From Podarcis pityusensis (lineage: Eukaryota), in NCBI GenBank assembly GCA_964106645.2, contig OZ067044.1: 64,000 nucleotides of DNA; one strand, written 5' to 3'. The position numbers and the translations under genes are program-made. Positions within the stretch are counted from its first letter, which is position 1, and every line of letters begins with the position of its first letter. The notes below the pieces were generated by a model. The model did not search any database and was not told where the DNA came from. It worked only from the letters and a program-made list of their open reading frames with translations. Shown here one piece after another: positions 1 to 10,460 of the stretch.

Positions 1-354
1 TCTCAGCATGGTTCACAAGATAAAAATACAGGATAGAAGCACAAAAGAAGTAGTTAAAACAAAAACTAAGCAATAATTTCCCCCCTCCACAAACACATTT
101 AAAAGGCCGTAGAATATTCATCCCCCAAAGGCCTGGTTGAAGAGGAACATTTTCACCTGGCACCTAAAGATTCATAATGAAGGTGCCAGACAAACCTCCC
201 TGGGGAGAGCATTCCACAAACGGGGAGCCATTGCAGAAAAGGCCCATTCTTGTGTTGCCACCCTCTGGACCCCTCCTGGTGGAGACACACAAAGAAGGGC
301 CTCAGATGGTGACAGCAGAGCCTAGGTTGGTTTATATGGAGAGAGGCGGTCCTT
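1..354 (-). mobile_element. L2 LINE 3' fragment (ORF2 C-terminus + 3' UTR)
   Basis: Minus strand translates KDRLSPYKPT*ALLSPSEALL...WAFSAMAPRLWNALPREV..PSL*IFRCQVKMFLFNQAF, the typical L2 ORF2 C-terminal 'RAFS..AP.LWN.LP' motif, with stops. Same family recurs at 59590-59990. Confidence 0.85.
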
Positions 355-468
355 TCCAATTGCATCTTGGCTATTTCATTTATGAACCATACAGCATATT
401 TTTCTTTAAAAACAGTTATTGCTCCTTGCAAGGACATGAGAAGCCTGGCCACTTCCACCACCACCCCT

Positions 469-763
469 CAGTGTGGTGTAGTGGTTAAGAGCAGTGGACT
501 CATCGTAATCTGGTGAACCGGGTTTGATTCCCTGCTCCTCCACATGCAGCTGCTTGGGCCTTGGGCTAGTTACACTTCTCTGAAGTCTCTCAGCCCCACT
601 CACCTCACAGAGTGTTTGTTGTGGGGGAGGAAGGGAAAGGAGATTGTTAGCCGCTTTGAGATTCCTTAGGGTAGTGATAAAGCAGGATATCAAATCCAAA
701 CTACTACTACTACTACTCTTCTTCTTCTTCTTCTTCTTCTTCTTCTTCTTCTTCTTTTTCTTC
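469..763 (+). mobile_element. Squam3-type tRNA/CORE SINE with (CTA)n(CTT)n tail
   Basis: tRNA-like head GTGTGGTGTAGTGGTTAAGAGC...GGTTTGATTCCC, CORE-like CACCTCACAGAGTGTTTGTTGTG, L2-like 3' end GTTAGCCGCTTTGAG...GATATCAAATCCAAAC, then a microsatellite tail at 701-763. Confidence 0.85.
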
Positions 764-847
764 TCCCCTTTTGGCCACAAGAGTGGAGCTAGCTAGGGCT
801 AGAGCTGGGTTTTAATGCTCTCAGCCTTGCAGCTAGTGGGGGCTTGT

Positions 848-994
848 CTTAACAGACTACACTACAGTATAGTGTAAACATAACTTTTATATGCACTGTG
901 GGCGGGGACCCAAAATGTGTGACTTGTTTTATTGCAATATTCACTTTATTGTGGTGGTTTAGAACCAAACCCACAATATCTTCAATGTGTGCCT
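848..994 (+). mobile_element. Tigger1-like (pogo/Tc1-mariner) 3' terminus
   Basis: CTACAGTATAGTGTAAACATAACTTTTATATGCACTG...TGTGTGACTTGTTTTATTGCAATATTCACTTTATTGTGGTGG...AACCCACAATATC...GTGTGCCT matches my recollection of the Tigger1 right end, with CpG decay. Confidence 0.75.
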
Positions 995-1010
995 AAATAA
1001 CTAAATAGAA

Positions 1011-1137
1011 GTGTATCTGAAGAAGTGTGCATGCACACGAAAGCTTATACCAAGAACTAACTTAGTTGGTCTTTAAGGTGCTACAGGAAGGAATTTTTTT
1101 ATTTCGACTATGGCAGACCAACACGGCTACCCATCTG
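1011..1137 (+). mobile_element. Penelope-like element terminal (pLTR) fragment with 13-bp flanking direct repeat
   Basis: TAACTAAATAGAA at 998-1010 and 1138-1150. Internal CTGAAGAAGTGTGCATGCACACGAAAGCT...GTTGGTCTTTAAGGTGCTAC is typical of reptile Penelope ends. Confidence 0.85.
1013..1050 (+). ncRNA. Minimal type I hammerhead ribozyme motif
   Basis: Core CUGAAGA (1017-1023), stem II GUGUG/CACAC (1025-1038), GAAA (1039-1042), palindromic AAGCUU in place of stem III, short stem I GUA/UAC. Confidence 0.7.
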
Positions 1138-2963
1138 TAACTAAATAGAATGTTTAACCAGATTATCAAAGTTGCAGTCCTAATGATATGAGAGATTGGC
1201 AGATCTATCCTTGTCTACTCAAAATAAGCCTCATTGAGTTCATTGAGACTTAATCTCTGGTAAGCCTATAGGATTGCAATCTAAATCCTGACAAACACAA
1301 TAGGGCTAACATCTTATTGAAACAATTGGAGGTTGCAAAATAATGTGTAAAGATTTCTCCCATAGTGCAAGATTTAAACGAGTGGTCTTTTGAAATGTAA
1401 AATTAGTGAAGATACAATGATAATTGAGAAGGGTTGCCTTTGTCTTTCCTCTCCCTATGTCTGTCTGTTGTTCTCAATTGACTCTTATTCTAGCATGTGC
1501 TGGAGGTCAGTGTAAATCACAGGCTATCAACAGCATTATCCGTGTGTTCTTATTGCTAATTTTTTATACCCTACCTTTCTGCAAATTTTTATACCCTACC
1601 TTTTTCCTAGAATTTTATGACCGTATGATTTTAAAAAGGAAAAAACCCTAGAAAACAGCAAAATAAAGCAGCAGCAAAGAAAATCGGATAATAATAGTAA
1701 AACTAGTCAAAATTTGGTCTGGCCCCTGATTTGTCACTTCAGAAATAATAATAATGGAGATAGCAAGTTTCTTTTTGACAGAAATGGATGGAATTTACAC
1801 AAATAGTAGCTGCTCCCCAATAGATTAAGTCTGCCAAATTACAAGGCCCAAGGGTTTTTGTGAACACAAACAAAATACAAACATACAGAGGAAGTTGGAA
1901 AAATTTGCAGGGTGGTAGGGCCTCCTGAAACAATGAATGCTGTCAAATTTCAGAAGGATAGCTATAGTAGTTTCCCCAAGAGAACAGCCTTTACAGGTCT
2001 GGGTGGGTAAGAATGATTCATTTAAGGATTCCCTAGAGTTTTGTGCACATTTGGTCTGAAAATAGCGGGCATGAGAGATGTGCCCCTAGATAAGAAATCT
2101 GCCAAATCAGTCCTGCAGCTTTTGTACTAGACACCTTTAAAATTGATTTGGGGGGGAAGAGCACTAAATGGATTTGCTTTCCTTCCCCATTGGGATTAGA
2201 GAGTCTGGGTAAAGCCATCACCTCTAATTCAGGACAGCCAAACCATGAGGTAGAATGTGACTCAGGTAGAATGTCATGGGCATGGAGGAGCAGCAAAGTG
2301 TTGTGCCCCCAAGCTGCATGCTCTCCTCATAATTGGTCACTGCTCTTGTGTCCAGCTGCCCACCAATGCAGGGATGTAAGACTCCCCAGCACCCCCTTCT
2401 CCCTGGATTGTTCTGACGAAGAGCCAAGGGGGTCGTTTCCTAAAGTGACACATTCTGGGCATGGTGGCTAGTGGAGTACTACCACCAACGCTGTAAGTTG
2501 TCATGGTGGAGAAAAGCTGTTGGGATTTAGGAGGGCACTCTCCTACTCAGTGCACCCAGAATGCCTCACTCTGAGGAAAGACTCTCTTGACCCTTCCTCA
2601 CATCAAGGCACTGTGGGAGGGAGAAGGAGGTGAAGAGACAGCAGAGAAATTGCCAATGCTACCACATTATGTGGTAGCAGTGGCAAGAGTGTCTCATACT
2701 GAACATAAACTATGAAAAAGATTCTATGAATCAAAAGTGGAGACAGGAGAAAAGCTTTAATAAAAACTAATTTTAGAAAATGGGAAGGAGAGTGGAAAGA
2801 GGCAGAATGTGGGGGAGGAAGTCAATCCCTTGTGATTACAAGTTTGGCCTATCTCTCGCAAAGGAGTTCCCTTTCCTCCCTCTCCCCAGCCTGGTGTTTG
2901 CATTAGCTCCCTCCTCAACTGTTTTCCTTATATGAGAAGTTTAGAGGCATTAGAGTCACTTTC

Positions 2964-3180
2964 TTTTCTTTTTTTTAATAATTTTTATTAACCGGCCAAT
3001 CAAATCAAATCACATCACATCACATAAATTCCGAATTACAAAGCCGAATTTTAAATTTTGTTGAGGGGACCCATATTTCAAGATCCGAAGGGGGATTCTG
3101 ATCATCTTCTTGCTACTGCGTTAATGTCCAAATCAGTCCACACAAAGTTCATAATTCTATCCAGTCTTATCTTGCTGTTG
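2964..3180 (-). mobile_element. 5'-truncated polyadenylated retroposed fragment (L1 3' UTR or retrocopy) with 11-bp TSD
   Basis: GAGTCACTTTC at 2953-2963 and 3181-3191. The minus strand ends AATAAAAATTATT + A-rich tail. Confidence 0.8.
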
Positions 3181-3282
3181 GAGTCACTTTCAGCAGAAAC
3201 ACGTTTGTAGCACAGGTACAGTCTAGATTATTTCATTTTGTATGCTGTAATGAAACATCATATGCCATATATTGTGATAACA

Positions 3283-3430
3283 CAGGTGTACGCATACCCC
3301 TAAACATTTTGTGAATCATTGTGCTTTTGTCCATTTACTGTATTTATTTTTCCCAATTTGAACTATAAAATGGTGATTTTCTTGAGTCAAAATGAGAGTA
3401 CCCCTAAACATTTGGGGGGGCAAGCACTGG
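3283..3430. mobile_element. Non-autonomous hAT-like DNA element fragment
   Basis: GTACGCATACCCCTAAACATTTTGTGAATC and terminal AGCACTGG. An inverted homologous piece lies at 33210-33272 (GATTCACAAAATGTTTAGGGG...AAAAAAGCACTG). Confidence 0.55.
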
Positions 3431-4774
3431 TGATAGCCACCACAAATCGGCCGTTTACAGCTATTCATATTGTACAAAATGTAAGCAAACGTCAGCCACG
3501 ACCCGAGCATTTATCAGCAGGCTCATGTTTCGCATCCCTCTGAGTGTAAATACAACTTTGAATAGTGGCCCCCGTTTGTGCTGAAGTATGCATGCATGTG
3601 GCAGGCTATGTTACAAGTCATTATTTAACACATACACACTCTCCCTTCCTCATTAGTTTGTTAGCTTTTCATGCTTTCCTGAGATGAATTTTTCTTGAGC
3701 AAATGAGCTAATACATCAGGGCTGCTAGGGGGAGCACAGATTCCTTTAATTTGTTATCGAAAGTACAGTGATTGTGTGACGCATAATACAGTAACTGAAA
3801 CTGGGCTTCCTAGATTTTAAGCAGAACACTTTGGTGGACATTAGAAAAAAATATTTGTAGGCTAAGGATGTAATCATAAAGTGGGGGGGGGGGGGGACCA
3901 CACATAATTATGATGGTACTTTAACCTCCTCATTCCTGCCGGGCTCTTGCTGGCCAAGCAGAACGTTCTGTGTTCCTCCACCCATTTCCAGCCTCAGAAA
4001 ATGTTAATTTTAATGCTTTTTTTTACAGTTAATGCGACAGAAATAGGTGGGAAATATTCAAGTAACTCAAAAGCATGTGTGATTTCTCTTCCACTACAGA
4101 GGAAGGTCAGGGAACTGGTATAGCTAATGATCCATTGTATTTAAGGTGCTTCCCACCACATCCCTGAAACTCCTTTGCTTAGACTCTACTGGTAGCAGAA
4201 CTCTGACATTGGTTGGGCCAGATCAGTTGGGCTCTTTAAAGCTGCAAAGCAACAAATGGCAATTCAGGTTGTCCATGGATTACCATTTGCTCTGATTCAG
4301 CATTTCCGCAGCAGAAAAAGCTGATCATCCAGATAGGGAGCTTTAAAGCGGAGACAATGCCTGGATAATGCAGAAGAAAGGTAAGTGTGGAAAAACCCTA
4401 AGTCACTTCTCCAAAGATATTCACTGAGCGAGGTACAGCAGGGGATTGGCTGCAAGAGAAGGGGACTTCTCAGTAGTGGCCCCTTAGTTCTGGCATGCTT
4501 TCTCCAGAATGATCTGCCAGGCACCTGCTTTAAAAGCTTTTCTAAAAAAGTTTCTTTTTTAGAAAATTTTCTAAAAAAATTTCTCAAGCTTCAGAAATTA
4601 GGGCCTGCCTCTGTGGATTTCATTATTCTAACCTCAGTTTTAAAGATTCTCTTACCTCTATTCTGTATTTTAAAATCGTTTGTGAGGGTTTTTTTAATGC
4701 TGTCCTATTGACTGTACTTTGGGATTTAGTTAAATCCCTGAAAGCCACACAGACAACTTCAGGTAGACTACGGC

Positions 4775-5240
4775 CTATAAACTATATAAATACTTAAATA
4801 AAATCCTATCTAGAGAATGCAGCAGGTTTCTTGGCTCCAAGCCACTCCTTCCACTTATTGTTATTAATTGACTTACACGTACCAGACCAATGATTTGCCA
4901 AGCCCACCATAAATGATAAAATGTACCTATTTCTCTTTTGTATTTACAACACAGGGGATTGTTAGTCCCTGTTACAGTACATAATTCATACCACCTACTC
5001 ATTACTTTAACTTTATAACAATATTCCCTCAGGTTAGTACAAAGTAAAAAGTTAATGCGGTGTCTTTGTATGTTTTCCAAGATGTCAAAGTTTACTGAAC
5101 CACCTTGTTGTGCTCAACAATAGTATATGTGTGTGTTTTAATTTGCTCAGTTTCATATTGACATCCCTGTGTGCATGTGGAATATTTATATTGCTCCATT
5201 CGGAAATGAGTAATTTTTTGAAAACTATCAAGTCCCTTAG
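4775..5240 (-). mobile_element. L1 LINE ORF2 C-terminal remnant
   Basis: ORF 4775..5080(-) contains FLLCTNLREYCYK..SRWY...LCCKYKREIGTFYHLWW, a decayed L1 ORF2 CCHC zinc-knuckle region (C..C....GT..H.WW.C). Confidence 0.75.
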
Positions 5241-5281
5241 TTGGAACTGCTGCTTATGTAGTTTCCTTATACTGCACATGC

Positions 5282-5372
5282 TGGAGAGCTGTGGCTCAGT
5301 GGCAGAGAAAATACTTTGTATACAGAAGTCCATGTTCAATTCCTGACATCTCCAGTTAGAGCTGGAGACAAC
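5282..5372 (+). mobile_element. Squam2-like tRNA-derived SINE, 5' fragment
   Basis: GCTGTGGCTCAGTGGCAGAG...CAGAAGTCCATGTTCAATTCCTGACATCTCCAG has A/B boxes and matches the copies at 22.4, 28.1, 41.6, 53.3 and 55.4 kb. Confidence 0.65.
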
Positions 5373-6004
5373 AACAGTGCTGCTACCAATATTTATTTAT
5401 TTCATAACATTTTTATAAGGCTTGATTGTAAAAAGAAAAACCCTCCAAGTGCTTCACAAAAAGAATAAACAATAAAAACCAGCAATAAACCAAAAAAATG
5501 CATCCACATTCTAAATACCTGGATAGAAGCTCTGCCAAGCATAAAGATGTGGCAAAAAAAGCAAGCTTCACATGCTAAATTTCTGAATCACTTTTATTTG
5601 TTAAAGACACAGGAATGGTGTGGGGATGTGGGGGTGGATCCATTAGAGCCATTAACCCTCTCCTGCCCAAGCTTTCAAGCTTACAATTGCTTACAAATGG
5701 CACTGGTGTTATGGCAGGCACTGGGAGGAAACCTGCCATTTTCATGCAAGCCGCTTTCCTCTGTAACTGAACTGCTTATATTCTAGCAGACAAAAATAGA
5801 TAATGTGGACTTGATTCAGGATGGTGTGTCTGCTCAGAGCTGTCACTGCTTTGATCCAAAGGACTGACTCCTGGTTTCCCAGGGAGCTGCAAAATGAAAT
5901 TATGTAAACTCAGTTCAAATGAAAAACAAAAAAAGGAGGAAAAGCAATATAGACCGGCCCTTAAAAAAGTGACTTGCATGCATAACCTAAAAGCACAAAT
6001 GACT

Positions 6005-6313
6005 NNNNNNNNNNNNNNNNNNNNNNNNNNNNNNNNNNNNNNNNNNNNNNNNNNNNNNNNNNNNNNNNNNNNNNNNNNNNNNNNNNNNNNNNNNNNNNNN
6101 NNNNNNNNNNNNNNNNNNNNNNNNNNNNNNNNNNNNNNNNNNNNNNNNNNNNNNNNNNNNNNNNNNNNNNNNNNNNNNNNNNNNNNNNNNNNNNNNNNNN
6201 NNNNNNNNNNNNNNNNNNNNNNNNNNNNNNNNNNNNNNNNNNNNNNNNNNNNNNNNNNNNNNNNNNNNNNNNNNNNNNNNNNNNNNNNNNNNNNNNNNNN
6301 NNNNNNNNNNNNN
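6005..6313. other. Assembly gap (N run)
   Basis: Run of N. Confidence 1.
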
Positions 6314-8373
6314 AATCATATCTCTTCCAAACAGATCCTTGCTCTCATGACTACTCGTTACATATTAAGAAACCTTAGAAAGTTATCACGGAGAAACCAC
6401 TGATGAAAAGAGTTAGGCTAGCTCTAATTCACAGATTCTCCGCTGCAATGATCCATCGGTGGCAAGCCTTGCATATGGGAGGAAGAATTTGAGGTATGAA
6501 ATTGGTATTAGAATCTGCCGTTCTTCATTATGGGTTTTGATATCCTTTGTCTTTCAAGTGGCATATTATTCCAGCAGTACTCTTTAATTCAATATCTATC
6601 TGCCATTTTAGCTGATTGAGGCTTGATTTGTGCTTCTGTTGCATTTTAAGCCGCTATGCTTATGGAATACGGTAGCCTTTCAGAAATGCATCGACTGCTT
6701 ATATATTGCCGTATATATATTCTTTGTTAACTTGGCCAGCTATGGGACCACACTTTAAACTATAATTCCATTAATAAGGAGTTGCCAATGTGTATTGTTG
6801 CTGTTGTTGTTTTATTATTATTATATAAATCTGAATGGACAACATCAAGTGTAATAAAGGATTTCCACAATAAAGACAAAAGGTGCCAAAGACTTATTGA
6901 GATTTATAATTAAGCATTTACTAAATTAATAATCATTCAAAACTGAAAAATAATCTGCATTTTGGAAATAAGTCTAGGAAGTGTTTCCCTGGATTCCAGA
7001 CAAGAAGAAAACCAATCCAGGCTATCAAGTTCCCTTGACTAAAATTTTCATGGGTTAAATAATAGGGTAATGCAATCTGATTTGGGAAGTGAAAAATATT
7101 TGACAGTAACAGAATGGGCATTTGGTTTGATCTGGCAGGGATCTCTTTTTTTGTTTTCACTTGGGCATATGCATCCAAACTACCCACTCTTTTTATTTCA
7201 CTTTGTTCCAGTCTTATTAAAGAGGAAGAGGGCAGCTGTACAGTATCAAAGTTCTATCTGACTTTGGTGGCAATTTGCAGGGCTAAGGGAGCAGCGTATG
7301 GCCTAGAATACGTTATTGAGAAATGGGGCCAACCATGAGGTTGGAACAAGTTAGGGAATGTATGATTGTATTGTAGGAAAACACAAACTGAAGGAGGCTA
7401 TTTCTAACTTAACAATGGGTGGCTTTGTTTTTATCAGCTTAGAGGACCACATCTTTTTGTCTTTCAGGGAGCACTCTTCTTTTGTCATTTGGCTATATTA
7501 TCTCTTCCTTTTGTAAGATAATCACAGGTAATTAACTTTGCAATGGCTCTTGCCCTGTTAGGTGGCTAATTGCCTGTCTGTGATTCACGCATTTCTGTGG
7601 CATCTTCAATAGAGGAAGATATGATCAGAGCACAGCAGTTTTTGTTGTTGCAGGTTTTTGTTTTGTTTTTTTAAAAAAGTAGGCTGTGTTTGAAACAATA
7701 ACAGCAGTATATGAGCTAGATGGAAACTAGCAAGTAAGAGCTAGTGGATTTTGATGCAGTTAAGAGAAGCCATGAATTTTATTTCTGTATCAGGACAAAA
7801 CAAAGCCATACCATTCTCTGAGAACACAACTGGATGCTCAGCAGCAAACACAATGGGATGCCACTTTTCTGTGGAACGTTGCAGGAAAGGAGTGTTGGAT
7901 GGGTTACTTTCCTGCTTCTCCTCTCCCCTTGGGTTTAAAAAATTGGTGGGTTAAAAGTATACCCTTCCCATTGCTTCTACCCTACAAAATGCCACAATCG
8001 GTTCTGCCCATCCCACACACAGACACACAACTCTGCAGTGGAGAATCAGCAGCCTGGGTTCCCAGACCTGTGTTTACTGCTGAACTTCTTGTTATATCCT
8101 AGGAGGACCACTTCGCTTTTCTTTCATTTGTCATTCTGAAGGGTTGGGAGAAACATTGCTACATTTGGTCAGTGCACACAAGGGAAATGGTAAAGAATGC
8201 ATTGCCTTTAGAGACTGAGCTTCACTGGGAATGTTTGCTCAAGCGACCTCATTCGCGTATCTTTGCCAGTTACACCAGCTGGGTACTTATTTATATATCT
8301 GTAACAAAGTAGTATTAAAAATGATAGCCTCACTATCCTGTATAATTGCTGTTCAGCTGTAATATACTAACCG

Positions 8374-8496
8374 AGGGGTAGCCAATGAGATGTTGGTGAA
8401 CTTCAACTCCCATAATCCCCAGCCCCTGGCTATGCTTGCTGGGACTGATGGGAGCTGGAGTTTCCCAGCATCCAGCAAGCACCACATTCTCTACCG
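8374..8496. mobile_element. Palindromic hAT-type MITE, degenerate
   Basis: CAACTCCCATAATCCCCAGC...GCTGGGACTGATGGGAGCTG internal inverted repeat. Same family as 10231, 46712, 52467 and ~58660-58770. Confidence 0.7.
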
Positions 8497-8644
8497 ATAC
8501 ACTAGTGTTAGGATAGTCCTGTTAGTAGCAGAGGAACCTCACAACCAGTCTGTTTATTTGGTATGCTGGTTTGTTTGGGTTTTTTCTTTGGGAGTTGCCA
8601 AAGTGTTAGACTGAATTCACACAACCTATTTATTGTCTGCTACA

Positions 8645-8981
8645 GGACGTCAGTGGCGCTGTGGGTTAAACCACAGAGCCTAGGGCTTGCTGATCAGAAG
8701 GTTGGTGGTTCGAATCCCCGTGACGGGGTGAGCTCCCAGCTCCTGCCCACCTAGCAGTTCAAAAGCACGTTAAAGTGCAATTAGATAAATAGGTACCACT
8801 CCAGTGGGAAGGTAAACGGCATTTCCATGCGCTGCTCTGGTTTGCCAGAAGCGGCTTAGTCATGCTGGCCACATGACCCGGAAGCTGTACGCCGGCTCCC
8901 TCGGCCAGTAAAGCGAGATGAGCGCTGCAACCCCAGAGTCGTCTGCAACTGGACCTAATGGTCAGGGGTCCTTTTACCTTT
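8645..8981 (+). mobile_element. Sauria SINE (Squam1)
   Basis: GGACGTCAGTGGCGCTGTGGGTTAAACCACAGAGCCTAGG...GGTTCGAATCCCCG...GGGGTCCTTTTACCTTT. Small internal deletion relative to the copy at 17323. Confidence 0.92.
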
Positions 8982-9239
8982 TGCAGGCTGAATGGTCAAT
9001 ATATAAAAATTGACTGTGCAAGTTTTAAAGGGGTGGAAACAGAAGCCGGCACAAAATATATTTTTATGGGTTTGCAGGGGGCAAAAATCCTCTAAAATTC
9101 CTGGGTGCCAGGTTCTCCCCATGATTTCTGAAGTTAGTACATGTGGGCTTTGATCAATGGATTTAGCAAGGCCTAAAACAATAAGTCAATCTAGCTTGCT
9201 CTTGGCTTAGAGACGTGCCAACAAAGAACAAGTACAGGT

Positions 9240-9740
9240 GATGACAGAGTCATTACCCTGGCAAAAGGTGAGACAATTCAGCGTCAGACAAAAAGGGGTG
9301 TCTGGAGTTCCTCCCCCAGCTGTGTGTTAGTTAGCAAAAGGCAATAGGAGAGTTGGGGGGGGGGAGTTGCCAGGGTAACAGGGGGCATGATGACACCACA
9401 GGGGGGAAAGGTGTCCTTTTAACAGAAGTTTTTGAGCAAGGGTTTTTGGGAAGAAGAAACTCCATGTGGCGCTGGCTGCATGCTGAGACCGAGGAGCATG
9501 GCTCACTTCTGTTCTGGACCCAAGCTTGCAGAAGCTATAGGGGAGCAGCAAGAGACACTCATGGGGGGGTGATGTTCTGCATCCCCTTCATAAAAACTCA
9601 GGTGTGAATATGTGTGAATAAACCATATTTCTCAAAAAGAGTCAATTCCACCATGCCTCATTCCAAAGGAACGCAAACCCGGTTGGGTGCCAAGCCCCCT
9701 GGAACCTCGCAATGCTAGGCAGAGATTGAGGTGGCACAAA
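9240..9740 (+). mobile_element. Probable Gypsy-type LTR
   Basis: G-rich U3-like part, AATAAA at ~9617, and a 3' part resembling 62290-62468. It lies immediately upstream of the Gypsy pol remnant. Exact termini are unclear. Confidence 0.5.
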
Positions 9741-10186
9741 AGATAATTTGCTGTCCCAAGGAGCTGGGCTCCAGAGGGTACAAGAGAGGGATGGATACAT
9801 GGTGTCCTGTCAGTGGGTGGAAGGAAACTTTCCAGAAACATACCTGAAGAAGCTTGGAGAGCTTTTGGAAACCGACAATGAAATGCAGCAACCGAGACTC
9901 CATTGCCCTAGAAGGAATGGAAAATGATCCAGATTCAGCTATCCCTTCCGATAAGTGGGTCTTGCCTATTCCTAACCAGGGGAGGGTTTATTACCAGTGG
10001 TATATTTCTGGAGAAAGCCATCATTTACTGCCTTTATCACACCTGCCTTATTAATCCATCAAAATTCCACTTGGACTGACTAAGACACCTACATCCTTCT
10101 AGAGGTATATTGAAAAATGCCTTGAAGAACTCAGGGATGACATCTGCATTAGCTATTTGGACGATATCCTAGTCTACAGTGGCATA

Positions 10187-10460
10187 TCATAGAATTGTAG
10201 ATTGGAAGGAACCCTGAGGATCATCTAGTCCAGCGATTTTCAACCTGTGGGTCCCCAGTTGTTGGACTACAACTCCCATCATCCCTGAGCTCTGGCCTTG
10301 CTAGCTAGGGGTGATGGGAGTTGTAGTTCAACAACATCTGGGGACCCACAGGTTCAGAAAGTCTGATCTAGTCCAACCCTCTGCAGTGCAGGAATATACA
10401 GCTGTCCCGTATGGGGATCAAATCTATGACCTTGGTGTTACTAGCACCAAGTTCTAACTA
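10187..10460 (-). mobile_element. tRNA-Ile-derived SINE with CR1 3' tail (lacertid POM/P.s.1-like)
   Basis: Minus strand TAGTTAGAACTTGGTGCTAGTAACACCAAGGTC...GATCCCCATACGGG resembles tRNA-Ile(AAT). It continues GGGTTGGACTAGATGATCC...CCTTCCAA..TACAATTCTATG (CR1 end). Split by a MITE. Confidence 0.8.
10231..10365. mobile_element. Palindromic hAT MITE with perfect 8-bp TSD
   Basis: ATCTAGTC at 10223-10230 and 10366-10373. Internal arms AACCTGTGGGTCCCCAG/CTGGGGACCCACAGGTT and ACTACAACTCCCATCA/TGATGGGAGTTGTAGT. Confidence 0.92.

Noticed and set aside
469-545. tRNA gene (also at other SINE heads, e.g. 10400-10460)
   Set aside because: Degenerate tRNA-derived SINE heads that continue into SINE bodies. 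No intact cloverleaf.
406-780. 124-aa ORF with poly-K/poly-S
   Set aside because: Antisense translation of a SINE and its (CTT)n/(CTA)n tail.
5894-6403. Long ORFs spanning N runs (also 14.7-15.1, 37.5-37.9 and 62.7-63.1 kb)
   Set aside because: Artefacts of assembly gaps.
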